DNA of 52,144 nucleotides from positions 1 through 52,144 of the IMG/VR virus record IMGVR_UViG_3300024042_000034; one strand, written 5' to 3'. The notes under the pieces were generated by a model. That model was not told the origin of the DNA and did no database searches. It saw only the letters and a program-made list of their open reading frames with translations. How positions within the stretch are numbered: the stretch's first letter is position 1; each line of letters begins with the position of its first letter. Positions 45,687 to 52,144 of this stretch are shown here, piece after piece. The translations under genes and the position numbers were made by a program. The stretch comes from a virus (Duplodnaviria; Caudoviricetes).

Positions 45687-46040
45687 CTATGCTGTTTGCT
45701 TACTGTGGCGCTGCTCCTCTTCCACGTTATCCATAATATCCGAAATAGTTCCCGGTGCTAGTCTGGAAAAGAAATCCATCGCGCGATATAGTTCCGCAGG
45801 CGCTTCGAATTGCACTGTGTCATTGTCCTTTGGTTTGAAGTGCTTTCGGAACTCTTTGAGCAAGAATGCGGAACTTTCCCGTGCTTTCCGCAGATGATTA
45901 TTCATTAGCGTGTTCCAAAATTTAATCGGCTCGAAGAAACATTTGTCAACGTTTTCCGCGCACTGCAAGAAAAGGTAATACGCATTGATCTGATAATACA
46001 TTTCCTCGGCTTGGTCTTGTGTTAGGTGGACTTGGTTCAT
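45687..46040 (-). CDS. Hypothetical protein
   Basis: 117 aa, ATGA-coupled. Confidence 0.7.
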   Translation of the reverse strand: MNQVHLTQDQAEEMYYQINAYYLFLQCAENVDKCFFEPIKFWNTLMNNHLRKARESSAFLLKEFRKHFKPKDNDTVQFEAPAELYRAMDFFSRLAPGTISDIMDNVEEEQRHSKQTA

Positions 46041-46606
46041 GGTGTAACCTCGCTTTCTTTCTTCAAGTAATCCCTCAACTTTGGGAGAAACTTAGACAGC
46101 CAAACATTTGTCAATGGAGGATCATTTACGATGAAATACCATGGTTCTGAACGTAAACTAAAAATCATTCTTCGGAATACTTCTTCTCCTTCGTAACAGT
46201 AGTATTCGTGTAAATCCAAATTGCTCATGGAACTAATGAACTCTTCGGAACAACTGGTTTGTCTTTGAATTCTATTAAGTTCGTCTCTTAGTTCTCTATC
46301 TCCTTCAGGGGAAATGTACCAAACCCAATCCGTTTCTTCTTTTATGAACTTCCTGACTTTAGCCATTGTCTTTTTCATATTTATTGGGCCGTCACCATCA
46401 CGTTTACCAAGTTTGTTAATCAGGTAGCCATTGTCTGTTTGAAGAATGAATTTTGAAAGGTTATACCCTTGGCCCATACAACTCCAATAGTATGACAGAT
46501 TAATATCACGATCATCATTTGAAATAATGATCTTACCTTTCCCATCTTCGTAATCTTGCAGGATCACGTCTGTGTAATCGATTCGGAAGTGTGTTATATT
46601 CCCCAT
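46037..46606 (-). CDS. Hypothetical phage protein
   Basis: 189 aa, coupled to neighbours. Confidence 0.7.
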   Translation of the reverse strand: MGNITHFRIDYTDVILQDYEDGKGKIIISNDDRDINLSYYWSCMGQGYNLSKFILQTDNGYLINKLGKRDGDGPINMKKTMAKVRKFIKEETDWVWYISPEGDRELRDELNRIQRQTSCSEEFISSMSNLDLHEYYCYEGEEVFRRMIFSLRSEPWYFIVNDPPLTNVWLSKFLPKLRDYLKKESEVTP

Positions 46607-47778
46607 TACGCCGCCCTCCTTTTTCCAGCGCGTGCCACAGCCTTATATTTAGGCTCATACGACACGTCCTTATGTTCAACCATTTCACCAGTTGCTTTAG
46701 CCTGCTTTTCAGCAAACATGCGCATCTGATCAAGTTTCACTTTTGCAAGATCTTCGACAGAGGCACCGCTATTGGTCAAGAAATACTCTATCACAGCACG
46801 CCACCCATCCACACTGCCAACCGACACTGCATACGATTCTACAGTCTTAGGAGCTTCCTCCTGCCGGTTCGCCTGTGCAACCATTACAGTAACATTCGCC
46901 TGTTGCTTCGCCTTGGCAGCTTCGTCGGCAGCACGTTTCTCTGCTGCAATACGAGCTTCCTCAGCTTCCTGCTCCTGATTTTGGCGAAGTTCCTCAGCCG
47001 CTTTATTATCAGCGATGCCTTGTTCTAATTCGGCAACGCGGGCAGGAAACATTTCCAAAATGTATTCTGCGTATTTGGTTACCTCGCTAGTAAAATGAGT
47101 TGAGCAAGTAGCGAAACGCTCCGCCGTTCTTACCTCGCCGATCAACTCTTCCGAGCCAACCAACGAAATAGTTTCCCACGCTTCATTTGAAAGCTTTGCA
47201 TTGACGAAACTTGCGATCGCTGCCCTAGCATCCTCTGCATTTTCCAAATCGAAATTGCTGTACACTTGTAGAATTGTGCGCTTAGTTTCTCCAAGCAATG
47301 CCGCATACCCATTCCTTAACTGAGTCTCCAAATTGGCAATGTCATCGATTCGCTTTTGTTTTGCGGCAAGTTCCTCCCGTTCTTTGCGGGCCGCTTCGGC
47401 CGCTTCTTCTGCGTGAATACGGGCGGAAGTGTCTCTCAAGCGCTGGATGGGTTCGTATAAATCTTTCCCCAACTCATTTTCGATCGCTGTGAATGCTTTG
47501 ATGAACGCGTGAGCTTTTTCGGTATATATCGCGCGAGTTTCATTCATGAACTTGACCGCCTTCTTCGCGGACACTTGCCAGTTCATCAATTCATCATCCA
47601 TTTCTTTAGGTAACTTGTCGCCAAATTTCTTGGCCTTCTCAATTAGCGCAGCTTGCTTAGTAGCATATTTCACAAGCATATTGGATGACGTTGTATAAAC
47701 AGCACCTGCACTTTGCAGGTCTGTTTGGGACAGGTGTATTGCTAGACCTGTGGCTTGTTGCTGAGATGTGTTGTTCAT
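46606..47778 (-). CDS. Coiled-coil protein of the recombination module
   Basis: Ala/Glu-rich helical protein; ATG 47778 is ATGA-coupled (track start 47832). Confidence 0.7.
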   Translation of the reverse strand: MNNTSQQQATGLAIHLSQTDLQSAGAVYTTSSNMLVKYATKQAALIEKAKKFGDKLPKEMDDELMNWQVSAKKAVKFMNETRAIYTEKAHAFIKAFTAIENELGKDLYEPIQRLRDTSARIHAEEAAEAARKEREELAAKQKRIDDIANLETQLRNGYAALLGETKRTILQVYSNFDLENAEDARAAIASFVNAKLSNEAWETISLVGSEELIGEVRTAERFATCSTHFTSEVTKYAEYILEMFPARVAELEQGIADNKAAEELRQNQEQEAEEARIAAEKRAADEAAKAKQQANVTVMVAQANRQEEAPKTVESYAVSVGSVDGWRAVIEYFLTNSGASVEDLAKVKLDQMRMFAEKQAKATGEMVEHKDVSYEPKYKAVARAGKRRAA

Positions 47779-47981
47779 GATCTCGAATATTTTTTGCTTT
47801 CGTTCTGTTTTGCTTCTTCCACGCTGAACCATTTTCCTTTTTGGTACGCAACCAAACGTCTTCTTACTCCGTGGATAATCAATGTATCCGAATCAGATAA
47901 ATACTCATAATTGATTATCATATATCCAAGCTTACTTGCTTTAAGAAGTAATTCTTCAATTTTATTTTGCTCTGCTTTCAT
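47775..47981 (-). CDS. Hypothetical protein
   Basis: 68 aa within the operon. Confidence 0.6.
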   Translation of the reverse strand: MKAEQNKIEELLLKASKLGYMIINYEYLSDSDTLIIHGVRRRLVAYQKGKWFSVEEAKQNESKKYSRS

Positions 47982-47984
47982 ATC

Positions 47985-49112
47985 TTAAAACGGTAATGGT
48001 TCAGAAACTGGTTCGTTAATAACTTTAGAGCTGGTGTCGGTATTACCGATAGCAGGTATCTCGCGTTTCACGATGCCCCTCTGTATCGGCTCCATTGTCT
48101 CCTCCGCAACCCCAAACTTTCTTCCAACAAATTCACCAATACCCTCCCGACGGATAACCGAGGATAGCCCCTGCTCACGATCTGCAATACTGAACACACC
48201 ACCAATAGTTGTATAAACTTTGGATTCTGCCTTACTTGCATACCGGATATCCGCAAGCGTCATAACAGCTTCCACCTCTGCTGTGGTTATCTCCCCTGTC
48301 CAATCTTTGAGATTATACGAAGGAGTTTCACCACGCCACTCTTTAGGCGACCAGTTATATGCAGCATCTAAAGGAAGATCCGGGAAATTTTCTTCCCACA
48401 ACTGGCGCTCGGCTTCAAGTTGTAAACCATTGCTGCGGTAAAAACCGTGACGACCTGATTTGAAGTTTATGATAGCACGGATCTGACGAGGGACTTTGCA
48501 TTCGCGAGGCTCACCTTTACGCGGTCCGGACTTATATGGGTTTTCGTAATCCAGTCCATCCTCTTGGATAGTCATATTGCAAACCAAGTCGATCAATGTG
48601 CCGTAGCCCCGTTCTGAAAGTAGAACATACTCAATGCCCAATGGCACCACTTGGTAATCCAAATAGAACTGAATGAATGCGCATAGGTCATTGCGCAATT
48701 TTTCCGCCCACTCTTTAGTTTCCGGCTGGTAAAAGTTGTTTTCCGATAGATAGTTCTCAACGACTGCATCCACTTCCTCAAAGTCGTAGTGTTGGTTAAT
48801 TAGGAATTTACCGATTTCGAGATGGAGAAGCGTGCCATATTCTTGAGCAATCTCCAATAGACGGCCAGCTTCTTTAGTACCATGTTTGCAATACCATTCC
48901 AATAATGGTTGCTCCATCGGACTACACTGGTTGATCGCTGTAGTAAGGCTGGTATACAATCTCAATGGTGATTCACATGGTTTGCAGTCTTCATTTAGAC
49001 GGATATATGATCGGCCAGCTCCAAAATTCACACGGCCAACTTTATAATTAGGTAGGCGCAACGCTGTTTCGTTGAACCAGTCTGGTAATATAATTTCGAA
49101 TGTGATTGACAT
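47985..49112 (-). CDS. PD-(D/E)XK-like exonuclease-fold protein
   Basis: S.TT.I, L.EW, GT.LH, E..L.S, G..IDLV, INFKSG, LQL motifs (track start 49160). Confidence 0.7.
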   Translation of the reverse strand: MSITFEIILPDWFNETALRLPNYKVGRVNFGAGRSYIRLNEDCKPCESPLRLYTSLTTAINQCSPMEQPLLEWYCKHGTKEAGRLLEIAQEYGTLLHLEIGKFLINQHYDFEEVDAVVENYLSENNFYQPETKEWAEKLRNDLCAFIQFYLDYQVVPLGIEYVLLSERGYGTLIDLVCNMTIQEDGLDYENPYKSGPRKGEPRECKVPRQIRAIINFKSGRHGFYRSNGLQLEAERQLWEENFPDLPLDAAYNWSPKEWRGETPSYNLKDWTGEITTAEVEAVMTLADIRYASKAESKVYTTIGGVFSIADREQGLSSVIRREGIGEFVGRKFGVAEETMEPIQRGIVKREIPAIGNTDTSSKVINEPVSEPLPF

Positions 49113-49123
49113 TGGTTTAGTTA

Positions 49124-49303
49124 TTAAGGGTAAATAAAATTTTGTCCGCAAGTAGTGCATCTATCAGTTTTAATGGATACAGAAATCCAATTGCACTCCT
49201 TTCTGTAAGGACATTCGGATATTGAATCCTCATAATCCTCTTGAATCTGTTTATCACGAAGGCAATCTTCGCAATCTCCAAAACACCATCGCGTAGTACA
49301 CAT
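49124..49303 (-). CDS. Small Cys-rich protein (59 aa, absent from ORF track)
   Basis: MCTTRWCFGDCEDCLRDKQIQEDYEDSISECPYRKECNWISVSIKTDRCTTCGQNFIYP; starts 2 nt after the previous stop. Confidence 0.65.
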   Translation of the reverse strand: MCTTRWCFGDCEDCLRDKQIQEDYEDSISECPYRKECNWISVSIKTDRCTTCGQNFIYP

Positions 49304-49304
49304 A

Positions 49305-50087
49305 TTACTTCACCTCCTCCACTTCTTGAAAATCCTCAGTTCCACCAACTGCCGGCCCTGATCCCAACTGCAACAAACTACCGCTAGTAATCATATTAGT
49401 TGTCAACCGAGAAAGATCCGCACCGCTTTCAACGTAAGCCCGTACAGCTTCGATTGTTTCCTCAGTAAAGTTTGGTATCAATTGAACTATTGGGTAGTTC
49501 TTCGCCATTCCAGGGGTGTAAGACTGTACCTTTTTCACCATCAAGCTAAATGGGAATCCGATAATGCTGCCCGATCGAGCCATAACCATATCGAATGCCT
49601 GAACAATACTAGGGATTGTTGTCTCTTTGGCTTTCGTAGAGAAAGTCCAATAACCAAGTATTCCCTTCATCTCCAAAAGAACAAACCTAAGGGTGAGTGT
49701 ACGTGCGAATAACTTACGAATCGCTTTCACGCGAGGATCGTTTGATGACAACCCTTCAACATATCCGCCTTTTCCGTCCTTGCCGCCTGTAGCATCCCAC
49801 ACAGTAAACACAGAGCCGTCACCCCATCCAAGGCGTTTACCTTTGTCCCATGCTTCGAATTGTTCGTTGCAAACCTCCTCGATATTATTGGATACGAATG
49901 CCACCTTTAGTTCCGTAGGTTTAGCACCAAATAGGTTGTGGAACCTTGTTGCAAAATCTCCACTGGCGCGGAAATAATCTAATGATGTAGGTAAACCGCG
50001 TTCGGTCTTCATTCCTACTTTAATTCTACCGATTTCGGGTAGCGTCCTGCCTTGCTGAACATTTCCCGTTGAAATACGTCCTTTCAT
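49305..50087 (-). CDS. Gp3-like (recombination directionality factor-like) ssDNA annealing candidate
   Basis: IGRIKVG...G.P..LDYF, L.F.L..G..G.W...T motifs; paired with the exonuclease-like gene (track start 50123). Confidence 0.6.
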   Translation of the reverse strand: MKGRISTGNVQQGRTLPEIGRIKVGMKTERGLPTSLDYFRASGDFATRFHNLFGAKPTELKVAFVSNNIEEVCNEQFEAWDKGKRLGWGDGSVFTVWDATGGKDGKGGYVEGLSSNDPRVKAIRKLFARTLTLRFVLLEMKGILGYWTFSTKAKETTIPSIVQAFDMVMARSGSIIGFPFSLMVKKVQSYTPGMAKNYPIVQLIPNFTEETIEAVRAYVESGADLSRLTTNMITSGSLLQLGSGPAVGGTEDFQEVEEVK

Positions 50088-50089
50088 TT

Positions 50090-50160
50090 TCTTTGTTAGA
50101 TTCTTTGCGGGCTCCTCGCCCATTTTCTACTAGCGCTTTAGTTTGCCCTCTGCGGCGCCT
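50090..50160 (-). promoter_or_regulatory. Repeated leader element, copy D
   Basis: Minus strand GGCGC-CGCAGAGGGCAAACTAAA-GCGCT, a small GGGC/GCCC hairpin, then AATCTAACAAAGAAAATG. Confidence 0.65.
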
Positions 50161-50162
50161 TT

Positions 50163-50276
50163 TTAAGCTATTCCCGCTGCTTCTGCGTCCTGTCTAATTT
50201 GTGCTACTGTCTGCCCCAGATCATGAACCTCGGCAAGTAACCCTTTCACAAGTTCGATTAATGATTCAGTTTCCAT
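50163..50276 (-). CDS. Small hypothetical protein (37 aa, absent from ORF track)
   Basis: METESLIELVKGLLAEVHDLGQTVAQIRQDAEAAGIA; overlaps the previous stop. Confidence 0.55.
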   Translation of the reverse strand: METESLIELVKGLLAEVHDLGQTVAQIRQDAEAAGIA

Positions 50277-50574
50277 TGTTTGTTGCGATGTACTGTACTA
50301 AATTCTGTGATGCTGCCACTGAGGCAAGTTCCTTACGGCATAACCGGACCTTACTGTTAGGGAAGTCCTGATGTTCTTTGACCACACCTTGTGTAATCCA
50401 GTTGTCAACTGCCGTACGTCCGTACTTCCGGTAAGCTTCAGCCTTTGACAGATATGGTTTCAATTGACCAACCTCCGTCAGAGCAACAATACCTCCCAGT
50501 TCGGCGGCTCCTTTAAGTAGCTGAGCCAGTCTAAAATCTAATGTCAATCCGTTCATTATTTTATCCTCCAACAT
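50266..50574 (-). CDS. Excisionase-like DNA-binding protein
   Basis: YLSKAEAYRKYGR..VD.WI..G winged-helix-like pattern; second gene of the early operon. Confidence 0.55.
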   Translation of the reverse strand: MLEDKIMNGLTLDFRLAQLLKGAAELGGIVALTEVGQLKPYLSKAEAYRKYGRTAVDNWITQGVVKEHQDFPNSKVRLCRKELASVAASQNLVQYIATNNGN

Positions 50575-50801
50575 CTAAAATTGTTCATGTCCCGTGGATC
50601 TCGTTTCGTTTTGAACCGTTTTTCAGAAACCGGAAGTCCATCGTCACCTTTCTTATGGAATAAATCCCACGCGATGTAACGCACCTCCCTCTCTTCTCCA
50701 TTGGGGACAGTAAATGAATGTCCTACATCCATTGTCTTCATTACAGCCCGATACTTGGTAACATTCTCGGGGATTGCAACTTGATCTGTTATTTCAACCA
50801 T
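50556..50801 (-). CDS. Small DNA-binding protein in the Cro position
   Basis: 81 aa, first gene divergent from the repressor; M.VG.SF.VP and CWR motifs. Confidence 0.5.
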   Translation of the reverse strand: MVEITDQVAIPENVTKYRAVMKTMDVGHSFTVPNGEEREVRYIAWDLFHKKGDDGLPVSEKRFKTKRDPRDMNNFRCWRIK

Positions 50802-50845
50802 CCTTAAAAAAGTTTAATTTGTTTACATTGTTTGTTTTTTCACTT

Positions 50846-50970
50846 TTTGGCACACACGTTGATGTTTTTTGCTAAATTTGTTTAACTTGATTACTTGACA
50901 AAACAAAAATACTAAACATTTTAAACATTTTAAACATTACACAAACAATTTAAACATAATAAACATTATT
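50846..50970. promoter_or_regulatory. Immunity switch: face-to-face promoters plus AAACATTT operator array
   Basis: + strand TAAATTTG 50873-50880; - strand TATTTTTG 50904-50911; six TAAACA/CAAACA units 50913-50970. Confidence 0.65.
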
Positions 50971-51015
50971 TAGCTGATTTTCAGCGTAATAATTTTTTAT
51001 CAACATACACACACG

Positions 51016-51780
51016 ATGAATAAATTATTTTCTAAGGGCAATTACATCAAGCGCTTGATGAAGCGCAAAGGTGTAACCCAGGAGGCCTTGACAGATATTA
51101 ATAGTGATGATTATATCGGCTACGGGAGGTCAACGCTTATTAACCTCCTGAAAAAAAACGAATTTGAAGATGGACTTGAAACAGAAAAAGTGAAAGTCCT
51201 ACTAAGCCGTCTTGATCCTTCCAAAGAGGATATGGAATATATTTTTCCAACCAAACGCAAAGCCAATGCAAAAGATCTGGGGGAACCAGACGAAGACTAC
51301 GATGAACAGTTACAGCCATTAGGGGATGGCCGTTATGCATTGACAGCTGAATTCGTACCAATTAAAGCAAGAGCAGGATACCTATTGGGGTATGCGGATC
51401 CTGAATATCTTGAAACATTACCAAAATACACAGCCACAGTAGACCATATGCCTAAAGGAAAGTATCGTTATTTCGAAGCAGAAGGAGACAGCATGAACGA
51501 CGGGACAATCGAACACGCTATTTTAGACGGAACAGTATTACAATGCAGAAGAGTTTTGCCACATCATTGGGCCGGCAGGCTGCATACTCATAAATGGTCC
51601 AGCTTCGTTTTCGTTCACCGGACCGAAGGCATAATTGTCAAGCAGGTTGCAGATCAGAACATCGAAACTGGCGACGTAGTATTGCGTTCATTGAATCCAG
51701 ACAAAACAAAATATCCTGACTTCACAGTCAACCTTGACGATATTCGGGAGATATACAACGTAGTAAAAAGAATCCTTTAA
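51016..51780 (+). CDS. CI/LexA-like repressor with S24 peptidase domain
   Basis: N-terminal HTH, A-G cleavage site (KARAGY), catalytic GDSM serine and IVK lysine, LRSLNP. Confidence 0.9.
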   Translation: MNKLFSKGNYIKRLMKRKGVTQEALTDINSDDYIGYGRSTLINLLKKNEFEDGLETEKVKVLLSRLDPSKEDMEYIFPTKRKANAKDLGEPDEDYDEQLQPLGDGRYALTAEFVPIKARAGYLLGYADPEYLETLPKYTATVDHMPKGKYRYFEAEGDSMNDGTIEHAILDGTVLQCRRVLPHHWAGRLHTHKWSSFVFVHRTEGIIVKQVADQNIETGDVVLRSLNPDKTKYPDFTVNLDDIREIYNVVKRIL

Positions 51781-51781
51781 C

Positions 51782-52144
51782 ATGGCGAGTGGATCTTTTA
51801 GGGAGATCGAACCAAAGAACGACACTCCTATAGTTTGGGATGTGGTCAATTATATTCGGGAGTGGTTGGTACCGGCGCCCAGGTATGGCATATCTCCAAA
51901 ATACAAACCTGCACCACGGCATTCAGATCGGATTGAGGTCAACTGTCTATATGAAGACGAGCGTTGCGCGAAACTAAATATATGGTGCTATCCACCTGAT
52001 TGGCTGCCAGCAACAATGCTAATTCTTGACAATGCATTGCTTCCCAATGGTAGCTATATAGAGTATACTCCGAAATACAGTGAGTTAAAGGTAGGCCACT
52101 TTAAAGTAACAGTACACAAACATACACACAATGGAAAAGAATAA
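51782..52144 (+). CDS. Hypothetical protein co-transcribed with the repressor
   Basis: 120 aa starting 1 nt after the repressor stop. Confidence 0.65.
   Translation: MASGSFREIEPKNDTPIVWDVVNYIREWLVPAPRYGISPKYKPAPRHSDRIEVNCLYEDERCAKLNIWCYPPDWLPATMLILDNALLPNGSYIEYTPKYSELKVGHFKVTVHKHTHNGKE

Larger units (their letters stand above)
1..52144. mobile_element. Temperate siphovirus-like prophage or phage genome segment (Bacteroidota host); boundaries not visible
   Basis: Ordered repressor, replication, packaging, head, tail and lysis modules; long tape measure, no sheath gene recognised; no integrase or att seen. Confidence 0.93.

Noticed and set aside
32581-50970. AAACATTTT and TCTTACAAAA repeats as a CRISPR array
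   Set aside because: Units are 9-12 bp without regular unique spacers, and no cas genes are present
1-52144. Stop-codon reassignment, integrase or att core
   Set aside because: Genes are full length in the standard code; no tyrosine or serine recombinase motifs or terminal direct repeats were noticed

Overview
The window is a largely intact temperate siphovirus-type (pro)phage of a Bacteroidota host. The host is inferred from many TAnnTTTG -7 promoter boxes; Sphingobacterium-like is a guess. Read right to left on the - strand it runs: Cro-like and recombination genes, SSB-like gene, free-standing GIY-YIG endonuclease, SF2 helicase, Prim-Pol/helicase, iteron-like putative origin, VRR-NUC, HTH late-regulator candidate, TerS/TerL/portal, a ~7 kb accessory island splitting the head module, scaffold/capsid/head-tail/tail genes with a G/GT -1 frameshift, tape measure, Dit/hub, beta-helix tailspike and a lysis cassette. 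A CI-like S24 repressor lies at the right end on the + strand. The left 7 kb holds a + strand accessory operon with a C5 methyltransferase, a CapRel-like RelA/SpoT gene and an SRAP cassette. No integrase or att site is visible. The most striking unexplained signals are non-coding: (1) four dispersed copies of a hairpin with an AGGGCAA loop followed by TCT(CT)AACAAAG in gene leaders, (2) a GTTGTC-N12-GACAAC palindrome at identical spacing from two late promoters, (3) a c4-like antisense RNA in front of a Rha operon, (4) shared AAACATTT arrays over three early promoters, and (5) two more structured leaders. All calls come from reading motifs by eye; no database search or folding program was run.
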